Assembly (NCBI GenBank): GCA_041666745.1
Contig: JBAYGI010000001.1
Span: forward strand, 91,095 to 155,094
Source of the DNA: Candidatus Magasanikiibacteriota bacterium
GTDB taxonomy: Bacteria > Patescibacteriota > Patescibacteriia > Magasanikbacterales > GWA2-37-8
Direction: 5' to 3'
DNA: 64,000 nucleotides
The notes under the pieces are model-generated. The model searched no databases, was not told where the DNA came from, and saw nothing but the letters and a program-made list of their open reading frames with translations. The position numbers and the translations under genes were made by a program. Below are positions 38,426 to 46,810 of this stretch, piece after piece (position 1 is the first letter of the stretch; every line of letters starts with the position of its first letter).

Positions 38426-39296
38426 AAATGAACCGGCCATTAAACGACAATTTTGCCATATAGGTGATCTAAACCACGGAGAAGAAATAGACACTTTGGA
38501 AGAAGAAAAATACACTGTGTGCCGAGGGCTGATTCATAAATATCCACATGAAGTATTGGTGGTTTTAACCAGACAATGCGCGGCGTATTGTCTTTTTTGT
38601 ACTCGTAAAAAAACACTATCACATGAAACAGGCGAGTTGGGAGACAAAGATTTCGCGGCGATGGTAAAATATTTAAAAAACCATCCGGAAGTTTATGAGG
38701 TTATAATTTCCGGCGGTGATCCACTGACCCAGCCGGCACTATTAAAAAAAGCGTTGCGAATTTTTGGAAAATTATCTCAAATAAAAATAATTCGCGTGGG
38801 GACGCGGTTGCATTTTTCCAATCCCAAAAAAATTAATTCCGCGGTGATTGACGCTTTGAAAGTTGTAAAAAAACAGCCGTTGTATTTAATGCTTCATTTC
38901 AATCATCCGGCTGAATTAAACAAAATGACTTTGTCCGCAGTAAAGCGTTTGCGCCAAGTTTCCGCCATGATGTTGTCGCAAACAGTATTGCTTAAAGGCG
39001 TAAATGATTCCGCCGAAATTTTATCCGAATTATTTGCCAAACTGACGCAAATCGGCATCAAGCCGTATTATCTTTTACAATGCGACAAGGTGCGAGGGGC
39101 GGAACATTTTATGGTGGATACAGAAAAGGCGGCTAAAATATATACTGATCTTTATAAAAAAATAAATGGTTTGGCCAAACCCACATTGGTGATTGACACA
39201 CCTTTTGGAGTTGGGAAAATTCCCATTCCACCGAATTTTTGGAATTGCGATAGAGGAAAATATGTGGATTATAATGGGAAATACATTTTGATATAG
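38415..39296 (+). CDS. KamA-family radical SAM protein (lysine 2,3-aminomutase / EpmB-like), short form
   Basis: CAAYCLFCTRK radical-SAM cluster motif, with the RVGTR and YLLQCDKVRGAEHF blocks typical of the KamA family. Only 293 aa. Confidence 0.7.
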   Translation: MLNKNEPAIKRQFCHIGDLNHGEEIDTLEEEKYTVCRGLIHKYPHEVLVVLTRQCAAYCLFCTRKKTLSHETGELGDKDFAAMVKYLKNHPEVYEVIISGGDPLTQPALLKKALRIFGKLSQIKIIRVGTRLHFSNPKKINSAVIDALKVVKKQPLYLMLHFNHPAELNKMTLSAVKRLRQVSAMMLSQTVLLKGVNDSAEILSELFAKLTQIGIKPYYLLQCDKVRGAEHFMVDTEKAAKIYTDLYKKINGLAKPTLVIDTPFGVGKIPIPPNFWNCDRGKYVDYNGKYILI

Positions 39297-39337
39297 ATCA
39301 TTTTGTGGTATAATAATTTTTTAAAATATTATAAACT

Positions 39338-39736
39338 ATGTTGGAGGGGGAAAAATTGCAAAATTTTGTTGATTGGACAAAATTAAAAATAAAGTTGCAT
39401 CTTTCAGAGGTAAAAAAGTTTTTTAATGAGAGAGATATTTGGTGGGCAAGCTTGGGGGTGAATATCGGTTTTGAACAAGACGGAAAGCATCAAAATTTTG
39501 AACGACCAATTTTGGTGTTGAAAAAATTTAATAATGAAGTTTTGCTCATTTTGCCTATCACCAGTAAATACAAGAAAAATAAGTATTATTACGGTTTTGA
39601 ATATAATGGTAAAATTTTCGCGGTAATTTTGTCTCAAGTGAGATTGATAAGCAGCAAGCGCCTGTTAAGAAAAATACGCATGTTGTCAGAACGGGAATTT
39701 GATGAGATAAAGAAATTGGTCAAAGATATAATATAA
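39338..39736 (+). CDS. PemK/MazF-like toxin-fold protein (solo, no obvious antitoxin)
   Basis: ERPILVL...LILPITS...QVRLISSKRL resembles the MazF/PemK core. No upstream antitoxin ORF. Confidence 0.45.
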   Translation: MLEGEKLQNFVDWTKLKIKLHLSEVKKFFNERDIWWASLGVNIGFEQDGKHQNFERPILVLKKFNNEVLLILPITSKYKKNKYYYGFEYNGKIFAVILSQVRLISSKRLLRKIRMLSEREFDEIKKLVKDII

Positions 39737-39853
39737 AAAAACGACCCAAGTTCTTCAAAGAAGATCAAGGGTCTCGGAGGCCAAAGCCATTTGATGAATA
39801 TATAGTATCATTGATGTGGAATTTTGTCAATTTTTTATCCCCAGTAAAAAAGC

Positions 39854-39946
39854 AAAACCGCCTGTCGTCTAAAAGTTCAAATGTTTGAACGCTTAGACAT
39901 GTGCAGGCGGTTTTTAATTACCTCCATGTCTTTCCCCGGGGCCAAA
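39854..39946. repeat. 93-bp repeat copy 1: complex terminator hairpin downstream of holin-like gene 1
   Basis: Identical to 40544-40636. Nested stems aaaaccgcctg/caggcggtttt with inner gtctaa/ttagac and gttcaaa/tttgaac. Confidence 0.8.
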
Positions 39947-39976
39947 GTTGCCACCGGGGGTGCGTGGGCCGACTTG

Positions 39977-40204
39977 TCACTCCTCCTTCTCCTCGGTGTT
40001 GGGGGTTTTGGGTTTCCTGATTTCCTTGAGAACGCTTTTCTTTGCCTTGTCGATGTGATCGGCGATGAGAAGGGTTGTTATTCCCAGCATCGCCACCACT
40101 GAGGCCATCGCCGCAATAATTTCGGATTGGATTATCCCGAAATATCGAATTACGGCGTACCAGATAGCCACAACTATTGTAGCGAAAAGCACTTTTAGAA
40201 ACAT
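39977..40204 (-). CDS. small two-TM holin-like membrane protein (75 aa) with charged C-tail; cassette 1
   Basis: RBS aggagagggaat before the ATG at 40202-40204 (the track ORF begins at an upstream GTG). Two TMs then DHIDKAKKSVLKEIRKPKTPNTEEKEE. Confidence 0.5.
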   Translation of the reverse strand: MFLKVLFATIVVAIWYAVIRYFGIIQSEIIAAMASVVAMLGITTLLIADHIDKAKKSVLKEIRKPKTPNTEEKEE

Positions 40205-40275
40205 TTTATTCCCTCTCCTGCCCGCTGGCCAATATCCGTGCACCACGCACGAGGTACGACCAAAGCGAACATCTC

Positions 40276-40305
40276 ATAATACCACAGCTTCGGGGGGGGG
40301 CGTCA
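40276..40305 (-). promoter_or_regulatory. sigma70-like promoter TTGACG-18-TATTAT with a C8 tract (G8 on the + strand, 40292-40299) in the spacer; putative phase-variable switch for cassette 1
   Basis: Minus strand reads ttgacg-cccccccc-gaagctgtgg-tattat. The spacer is 18 nt, suboptimal. Confidence 0.5.
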
Positions 40306-40543
40306 AGAGGTTATTCTATCAAACCAATTTTTATGGTAAAATATATTCGCAATTTTAATGTTACTGAATTCCGTAATATTAAATGAAAATTTTAAAGTAT
40401 TAATATAAAAAAAACGAAACCTACTCTTGTGGAGTAGGAATCTCGGGGCTTTTTATAGGCGAACCTATAAAAGCAAAATGTAATTGTAATATACTATAAA
40501 ATTTCAATTTTGTCAAACACTTGTCCACATCATATAAAAAACA

Positions 40544-40636
40544 AAAACCGCCTGTCGTCTAAAAGTTCAAATGTTTGAACGCTTAGACATGTGCAGGCGG
40601 TTTTTAATTACCTCCATGTCTTTCCCCGGGGCCAAA
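40544..40636. repeat. 93-bp repeat copy 2 (terminator) downstream of holin-like gene 2
   Basis: 100% identical to 39854-39946. Confidence 0.8.
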
Positions 40637-40725
40637 TGCCGCGACCGGGGATGTCGGATGTCATTTTTATCCTCCTGTTCTGCCCTTGAGAGTAGCGCGC
40701 TCACACGGTGGTGCAGATGGAGTTG

Positions 40726-40923
40726 CTACTCCCGTCTGCCAGAGTGTTGAGCGTACGTGATCATGGCGAAAGCACATACGATTGCGGATCCAGCTCCAGG
40801 TGCGGATATCCACACCATCGGAATGGCGGGGTAGATTGAGTGGAACAGCATCGCACAGATCGCTATCAGCATCATCCAGATGCTACACATCAATGTTATG
40901 ACGATCCTCTGAAACGTAGTCAT
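40726..40923 (-). CDS. small two-TM holin-like membrane protein (65 aa); cassette 2 (paralogous flanks, divergent CDS)
   Basis: RBS aagagggtcaaa before the ATG. Two TMs plus a short charged tail. Upstream and downstream flanks are homologous to cassette 1. Confidence 0.5.
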   Translation of the reverse strand: MTTFQRIVITLMCSIWMMLIAICAMLFHSIYPAIPMVWISAPGAGSAIVCAFAMITYAQHSGRRE

Positions 40924-40998
40924 TTTGACCCTCTTTTGCCTGCCCGCTGGTCAATATTCGTGCGTTATGCACAAGATACGGCCAAAGCGGGACTTCGC

Positions 40999-41027
40999 AT
41001 CATACCACACAAACGGGGGGGCGTCAA
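40999..41027 (-). promoter_or_regulatory. sigma70-like promoter TTGACG-17-TATGAT with a C7 tract (G7 on the + strand, 41015-41021) in the spacer; putative phase-variable switch for cassette 2
   Basis: Minus strand reads ttgacg-ccccccc-gtttgtgtgg-tatgat. The spacer is 17 nt, optimal. Confidence 0.5.
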
Positions 41028-41052
41028 GGGGGTGGTGTGAAAAAAACAATTT

Positions 41053-41064
41053 TTGTGGTATAAT
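41053..41064 (+). promoter_or_regulatory. extended -10 promoter (TTGTGGTATAAT) 6 nt upstream of the ppsA ATG; probable leaderless transcript
   Basis: TGgTATAAT at 41056-41064 and ATG at 41071. A near-identical element (tttatggtaaaat) is duplicated at about 40335 with no downstream gene. Confidence 0.45.
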
Positions 41065-41070
41065 ATCCCC

Positions 41071-44022
41071 ATGCAATATATCCGCTGGTTTAAAGACCTA
41101 ACAATCAGGGATATATCTTTTGTGGGCGGGAAAAATGCGTCGCTCGGAGAGATGTATTCCAAACTTACCAAAAAGGGTGTACCAATACCAAATGGTTTTG
41201 CGTTGACCAGCGAAGCGTATTTTAAATTTCTCAAAGAAAATAATTTGGATAAAAAGATAAAAGAGATTTTGAAAAATTTGGATGTAAAAAATGTGCATGC
41301 GCTTTCGGTTGCCGGCAGTAAAGTTCGCCAGATGATTTTATCCGCTACTTTTCCAAAAGATATCGCGAATGAAATAAAAATCGCGTATAAGGATCTGAGT
41401 AAAAAAAGTAAACGCGCCAATGTGGACACTGCAGTGCGATCCTCCGCCACGGCCGAAGATTTACCCGATGCCAGTTTTGCCGGACAACAAGAAACATATT
41501 TGAATGTTCGTGGTGAAAAAGAAATTTTGATTGCTTGTAAAAAATGTATTTCATCGCTGTTTACCGATCGCGCGATTTCTTATCGCGAGGCCAAAGGTTA
41601 CGACCATATGTCCATCGCGCTATCTGTCGGTGTGCAAGAAATGGTACGCAGTGACCTTGGTGCTTCCGGCGTGATGTTTACATTAGACACCGAATCCGGT
41701 TTTCGCGGGGTGGTTTTGATAAATGCTTCGTATGGTTTGGGTGAATATGTGGTCAAGGGTCAGGTAACACCGGATCAGTTTTATGTTTTTAAAGATGGAA
41801 TAAAAAATGGATATAAATCTATTATCAGCAGAAAATTGGGGAGTAAAGAAGTGAAATTAGTATATGGAAAAATTGGTACTAAGCAAGAAAAAGTTTTGGT
41901 GTCTGACCAAAAACAATATTGTTTGACCGACGATGAAATTATTCAACTTTCCAAATGGGGTGTGCAAATCGAAGAACACTATGGCCATCCGATGGATATT
42001 GAATGGGCGAAAGATGGAAACACCGGAAAATTATACATCGTGCAGGCGCGCGGTGAGACCGTGAAATCGCAAGCGAAAATTACTGCCATTGAAACATATA
42101 TTTTACAAAGAAAAGGAGAAATTTTGGTAGAGGGTGTAAGTGTCGGGCAGAAAATCGGGCAGGGGAAAGCTCATGTCATCACTTCACCAAAACAAATGAA
42201 GGATTTCAAAGCTGGAGAAGTTTTGGTAACTAGAATTACTGATCCGGATTGGGAACCGGTAATGCGTATCGCCAGCGCAATTGTTACCGAGCAGGGTGGT
42301 AAAACATCTCACGCCGCGATCGTGTCGCGTGAATTGGGAGTGCCGTGTATAGTCGGCGCCGCCAAAGCGCGACAGTTGATAAAAAACACTCAAGAAATTA
42401 CTGTGTCTTGTGCCGAAGGTGAAGTAGGTTATATTTATAAAGGACGTTTGCCTTTTAGTGTAGAACGTACTGAACTGAAAAATTTACCACAAACCAAAAC
42501 CAAAATAATGATAAATGCCGGCAATCCGGACAACGCCTTTGCTCTGTCGGCCATTCCTAGCGATGGCATCGGGTTGGCGCGCGAAGAATTTATTTTTACA
42601 AATTTTATCAAAATTCATCCTCTGGCTCTGGTGCATTTTAAAGATATAAAAGATAAACAGGTAAGAGCAAAAATCGAATCACTGACCGTAGGTTATAAGG
42701 ATAAAACTCAATATTTGGTAGACAAACTCGCCGAAGGTATTGCTTTTTTGGCGGCGGCTTTTCATCCACATGATGTGATCGTGCGTTTGTCGGATTTCAA
42801 AACCAACGAATACGCTACTTTAATCGGTGGAAAAGATTTTGAACCGCACGAAGAAAACCCGATGCTCGGTTGGCGTGGAGCGAGTCGCTATTATGATCCA
42901 AAATACAAACCCGGATTCAAATTGGAATGCGCGGCCATCAAAAAAGCGCGTGAGGTTTGGGGATTAAAAAATATTATTGTCATGGTACCATTTTGTCGCA
43001 CGGTAGAGGAAGGCAAAAAAGTATTGGAAACCATGAAAGAATTTCATTTAGAGCGTGGCAAAGATGGTTTGCAAGTCTATGTGATGTGCGAGATTCCATC
43101 CAATGTAATTTTGGCCAAAGAATTTTCGCAGATTTTTGATGGATTTTCTATCGGTAGTAATGATTTGACCCAGCTCACTTTGGGGGTGGACAGAGATTCT
43201 TCGCTGGTGTCACATGTGTATGATGAAAATAACGCGGCGGTAAAAATATTAATTCGTCAAGTAATTCAGGTAGCGCATCAATACAAACGCAAAGTTGGAA
43301 TTTGTGGACAAGCGCCAAGTGACTATCCGGAGTTTGCGGAATTTTTGGTACAGGAGGGGATAGATAGTATTTCTCTCAATCCCGATACCGCCCTGAAAAC
43401 TCGCACCCGTATCGCGGCGATGGAAAAGAAATTGGGGAAAAGTAAAGGCGGTATACTCAAAGCGACGATGGCGGCCAAGTCACTATTGGTTTTGGGCGTG
43501 GTTGGTTTGACCTCAATATTGGGTGGGTATGGTTGTCAAACAATAAACAATCAAACTGTATCAGACAATCTCAAAGCCAGTATGCAACAACAAGTATTGG
43601 AAATGAAGGCGCAGTTGCGTCAAGAAATTACCAACGAACTTGCCAAACAATTACCAACAGAATCAACTTACAGCGACGATAGTTTTGTAAAAATTAAATT
43701 AAAATATCCAAATAGTTGGCAAACCAATCGTTGGGAGGACGGTGTGAAATTTTCAAATTCCGACGAGTCAGAATATTTGATGGTGTTTGTCCAAAAGATG
43801 GGCCATCCGATACCCGAAGAAAAAATCACGACTACTACTTGGAATAATTATCCAGCCAAACGCTTGACAGACGCTAATCAAAAAGATGGCACACCATATG
43901 AGGTGTTAGAAATTTATCCACTTGGATACAAAAAAACCAAAGAAATAATCGAGTTGCGCGGTGACCCAAAAACGTTTGAGGGTAGTTTGAAAAAGATCGA
44001 AGAATTTACAGTGCCGAAATAA
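41071..44022 (+). CDS. ppsA: phosphoenolpyruvate synthase with an in-frame C-terminal extension of about 190 aa containing a signal-peptide-like hydrophobic segment
   Basis: N-terminal ATP-grasp and PEP-utilising domains (GGKNASLGEM..., TSHAAIVSRELGVPCIVG). Canonical PpsA homology ends near ...RIAAMEKKLGK (about residue 795). MAAKSLLVLGVVGLTSILGGYGC and a ~170-aa domain follow. The track start at 41053 is a TTG; the ATG at 41071 matches PpsA N-termini. Confidence 0.88.
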   Translation: MQYIRWFKDLTIRDISFVGGKNASLGEMYSKLTKKGVPIPNGFALTSEAYFKFLKENNLDKKIKEILKNLDVKNVHALSVAGSKVRQMILSATFPKDIANEIKIAYKDLSKKSKRANVDTAVRSSATAEDLPDASFAGQQETYLNVRGEKEILIACKKCISSLFTDRAISYREAKGYDHMSIALSVGVQEMVRSDLGASGVMFTLDTESGFRGVVLINASYGLGEYVVKGQVTPDQFYVFKDGIKNGYKSIISRKLGSKEVKLVYGKIGTKQEKVLVSDQKQYCLTDDEIIQLSKWGVQIEEHYGHPMDIEWAKDGNTGKLYIVQARGETVKSQAKITAIETYILQRKGEILVEGVSVGQKIGQGKAHVITSPKQMKDFKAGEVLVTRITDPDWEPVMRIASAIVTEQGGKTSHAAIVSRELGVPCIVGAAKARQLIKNTQEITVSCAEGEVGYIYKGRLPFSVERTELKNLPQTKTKIMINAGNPDNAFALSAIPSDGIGLAREEFIFTNFIKIHPLALVHFKDIKDKQVRAKIESLTVGYKDKTQYLVDKLAEGIAFLAAAFHPHDVIVRLSDFKTNEYATLIGGKDFEPHEENPMLGWRGASRYYDPKYKPGFKLECAAIKKAREVWGLKNIIVMVPFCRTVEEGKKVLETMKEFHLERGKDGLQVYVMCEIPSNVILAKEFSQIFDGFSIGSNDLTQLTLGVDRDSSLVSHVYDENNAAVKILIRQVIQVAHQYKRKVGICGQAPSDYPEFAEFLVQEGIDSISLNPDTALKTRTRIAAMEKKLGKSKGGILKATMAAKSLLVLGVVGLTSILGGYGCQTINNQTVSDNLKASMQQQVLEMKAQLRQEITNELAKQLPTESTYSDDSFVKIKLKYPNSWQTNRWEDGVKFSNSDESEYLMVFVQKMGHPIPEEKITTTTWNNYPAKRLTDANQKDGTPYEVLEIYPLGYKKTKEIIELRGDPKTFEGSLKKIEEFTVPK

Positions 44023-44038
44023 AAATAAAAAGATAAAA

Positions 44039-44137
44039 AATCCAGCCAATAACCACCTTTTCGCTTTTTTTGCCCGCGAGGGCAAAAGGATGAGCCTCGG
44101 CTCATAACCCGCTCAAAGGTAATTATTGGCTGGATTT
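44039..44137 (+). ncRNA. structured repeat element copy Y (terminator-like) after ppsA
   Basis: Outer stem aatccagccaataa/ttattggctggatt plus T-run. The inner core matches the reverse complement of copy X at 27542-27638 with compensatory stem changes. Confidence 0.45.
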
Positions 44138-44143
44138 TTTGAT

Positions 44144-44416
44144 TTATAGATTACGGTAGATATCGTGTTTTCCGATGGAGATAAATAAAATATCGCCATT
44201 TTGTTGTCTTTCAAATATTATCCGATAGCCACCGGTTATAGAAATAGACCACAACCCCTCAAGTTTTCCATGCAGGGCGTGGAGACGAAGTGATGGGTGC
44301 AATGGGTTATCTTTAAAAATCTTTTCTTTTTTTGCGGCCAAGACCACTAATTCTTTCGGAAGTTTTTTAAGTTCAATTACAAATTTAGAAGAATATAAAA
44401 TTTCTTTTATTATCAT
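44144..44416 (-). CDS. RelE/ParE-family type II toxin
   Basis: HALHGKLEGLWSISITGGYRIIFE...ISIGKHDIY pattern over 90 aa. Overlaps the upstream antitoxin gene by 4 nt (ATGA). Confidence 0.6.
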   Translation of the reverse strand: MIIKEILYSSKFVIELKKLPKELVVLAAKKEKIFKDNPLHPSLRLHALHGKLEGLWSISITGGYRIIFERQQNGDILFISIGKHDIYRNL

Positions 44417-44640
44417 ACTAAATCAGCCAACGATTTTGCTTTTATTGATTTTCCCGCGTGATATTCTTTGCGCGCCTCATCTACAGTTTTTAATAATTCG
44501 GATTCAGAAATCAAATCAGAATCTTCTTTGAAAAGATATTTTATATATGAACTAACCGAATTGTATCCGCGCTTTATAGTAAGAAGCTTAATTTGCTTCA
44601 CATCAGTAGCGGGAAGTGAGATGCTGAGAACTTGACGCAT
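44413..44640 (-). CDS. putative antitoxin (RelB/Phd-like small protein) of the RelE-like toxin
   Basis: 75 aa, immediately upstream and overlapping the toxin gene. Sequence is not diagnostic on its own. Confidence 0.45.
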   Translation of the reverse strand: MRQVLSISLPATDVKQIKLLTIKRGYNSVSSYIKYLFKEDSDLISESELLKTVDEARKEYHAGKSIKAKSLADLV

Positions 44641-44772
44641 ATGATTTATTTTTAAAATATTATTATATTGTAATTGTAATACAATTGTAATACATTGTCA
44701 AGTTTTTTCAGCTTAATTGGCTAAACTTGACTAAAATAAGTTTTTGCCATATACTATCCTTTGTAAAAACTT

Positions 44773-44846
44773 GGGTCGGTAGTTCAACTGGTTAGAGCAC
44801 TGCCCTGTCACGGCAGAAGTTGCGGGTTCGAGTCCCGTCCGACCCG
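44773..44846 (+). tRNA. tRNA-Asp (anticodon GTC), CCA not encoded
   Basis: Acceptor GGGTCGG/CCGACCC, anticodon stem CTGCC/GGCAG with loop CTGTCAC, T-arm GCGGG-TTCGAGT-CCCGT, discriminator G. Confidence 0.9.
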
Positions 44847-46421
44847 CAGTTCGCAACGAAGTGAGTTTAAACGCTCACTTTTTGCTTTTGTTAAGGGTAA
44901 TTTGTCCAGTTCGAGCGTGATATATTTCTGCTCAATAGGTTTTATATAATTTTCGGTTGCAATTAACCATTTCTTCGGCTCAATAACGAGTTTTCTGTCT
45001 TTTAATTGTTGGTTCGAGCCTAATCGCAAAAGTATCTCTCTTTTGTCTTTTTCAGTTGCTTTTTTAAAGTTAGCTCGGGCTTGTATAGCAAATTTAATTT
45101 CTTCCGTTAAATTGTCGTTTTCGATACCATGTTTTTTGATTTCAACTACTTTTTGCGTGAGTTTAACAATTTCTTTTTCGTATTCGTTTTTTTGTGTGGT
45201 GTATTCGTCATCGGACAACAAGCCCTTGCAACTTAATTTTGTTAAATTACTTTTTTCCAACTTTACTTTGGTAACATTTTCTTCCAAATTTTTAATCACA
45301 TTTTGTTTTTCGTTAGGGTTGGTTTTTTCGTCTTTATCTAACATCTCAAAAAACAATTCTTTAAACTTTGGCCTAAACTCATATTTGGCGAGCATGGTAT
45401 CAATTTGTTTTTCCAATCCTTTTACCTCAATCGCTGGCTGTTCGCACTTGTATGACGGCTTTTTATGCGTACAACGATAATATGTATAGCTGGCTTGCTT
45501 ACCAGTGGTTTTAATTATTTTATTCTTCTGGTCGGCACAAACTAAACACCCACAATCGGCACAGCGAATTATTCCAGAATAGGCAAAATCATGCGTTCGT
45601 TTTCTCGGCTTTCCGTTATGGCCTAATAACATTTGTATGCGGTCGTATTCTTCCAAGTTTATCATCGCTTTGTGTTTGCCTTGCTTTTGCAAGCCATTAT
45701 ATTCGATAATGCCAGCGTAAAAAATGTTAGTAAACATTCTGTACAGTGAAGCTCTAGCCAATTTACCACTTTTATTTTTTCTTGTTGCCTTTGGCTTAAA
45801 ATTCCATTCATTGTTTAACTTGTCCAAAACTGCGGGAACAGAATAATTGCCCGAGAGCATTAAATCAAACGCTTTGCGAATTGTTTTAAATCTTTCGTCA
45901 TCTATTTCAATCGTACTCAAGCCGATATTTCTAACATTCACATAACCATTCGGACACATATTTGGTTGCCAACCCATTTGATATTTTTTCTCTAACCCAC
46001 GCCGAACATCCTTGCCTAATTTTGAAGAAAAGTATTGCGACTGGCTTAACGCCATTTGCAACATCATTATGCCCTCGGGGGAGTTATCGAAGTTGTACGA
46101 GCCAAATTTGAGGTCGTGGATAACACCAGTACGGACTAGGTAAGTAACTGTTGAAGCGTCAATTTCGTTTCGGCTTAATCGGTCTGGGTGCCACGCAATC
46201 ACTCCAGTGGCCTCGCCTTTGCGTATTCTTTTGATCATGTTCTCAAACACTGGTCTTTCGTATGGGCTAAAAGCCGAGTGTTTTTCCTCCAGTATTTCCA
46301 CAATATCCACATTACCAAAAAGTTCTTTAACTTTATCAATTTGGCTACTAATGGATAATGCTTGCCTTTCTTCGCCTTCGCTCGATTTCCGAACATAGGC
46401 AAAAAATTTAGTTGATTTCAT
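44808..46421 (-). CDS. large serine recombinase (resolvase catalytic domain, recombinase domain, zinc ribbon, coiled coil)
   Basis: N-terminal AYVRKSSEGEERQ, C-rich CADCGC...YYRCTHKK and a long C-terminal coiled coil. Likely start is M at MKSTKFF. Its 3' end runs antisense into tRNA-Asp. Confidence 0.8.
   Translation of the reverse strand: MKSTKFFAYVRKSSEGEERQALSISSQIDKVKELFGNVDIVEILEEKHSAFSPYERPVFENMIKRIRKGEATGVIAWHPDRLSRNEIDASTVTYLVRTGVIHDLKFGSYNFDNSPEGIMMLQMALSQSQYFSSKLGKDVRRGLEKKYQMGWQPNMCPNGYVNVRNIGLSTIEIDDERFKTIRKAFDLMLSGNYSVPAVLDKLNNEWNFKPKATRKNKSGKLARASLYRMFTNIFYAGIIEYNGLQKQGKHKAMINLEEYDRIQMLLGHNGKPRKRTHDFAYSGIIRCADCGCLVCADQKNKIIKTTGKQASYTYYRCTHKKPSYKCEQPAIEVKGLEKQIDTMLAKYEFRPKFKELFFEMLDKDEKTNPNEKQNVIKNLEENVTKVKLEKSNLTKLSCKGLLSDDEYTTQKNEYEKEIVKLTQKVVEIKKHGIENDNLTEEIKFAIQARANFKKATEKDKREILLRLGSNQQLKDRKLVIEPKKWLIATENYIKPIEQKYITLELDKLPLTKAKSERLNSLRCELRVGRDSNPQLLP
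44844..44912. repeat. attL-like 69-bp direct repeat
   Basis: ccgcagttcgcaacgaagtgagtttaaacgctcactttttgcttttgttaagggtaatttgtccagttc. Confidence 0.7.
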
Positions 46422-46810
46422 AATGAAAATGATTAAAAACAAAAAAGGACAGCCCTGGCTTACCCAACACAAATAGCCAAGAAGACTATTTCATCGGACA
46501 GGACTGCCCATCTCTGGTATGAAAATAAAAGAGTCTTCTTTTACGGCATTTTGAATTGTGTTGAGTAAGCCCTCATATAGTATCAATTTTCTTTGCTCAA
46601 TTCAAGAGCGTGTATATCCTGTTTACTCACAGGTCTTAATAGTATTTTTCCAAGGACGAACATGTCCATACATTCTGCATACGCTTTTTCGTAGCTCAAT
46701 TTCTCATGAAATTCCGCCTCGTAGATCATCTGGAATTTCAGGACAAAATTGTCCGTTAATTGCATACCGTTTTGTGTTGATGAAAGCCATAAAAATATGT
46801 TTAAACTTAA

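Larger units (their letters stand above)
39850..41040. other. GC-rich island 3: tandem duplicated holin-like cassettes with poly-C-tract promoters
   Basis: Composition shift, a 93-bp perfect repeat, homologous promoter regions and a duplicated ppsA-type extended -10. Confidence 0.6.

Noticed and set aside
39977-40246. Track N-terminus (GTG start, MVHGYWPAGRRGNK...) of holin-like gene 1
   Set aside because: An internal ATG at 40202-40204 has an RBS and a conserved flank, and begins at the paralogous position to cassette 2. The GTG extension would overlap the promoter elements.
41015-41021. Poly-G/poly-C tracts as CRISPR leader or G-quadruplex elements
   Set aside because: They are single homopolymer runs of 7-9 nt with no repeat-spacer periodicity. 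Their exact placement between -35 and -10 hexamers fits a promoter-spacer switch better. No CRISPR array or cas genes are present anywhere in the window.
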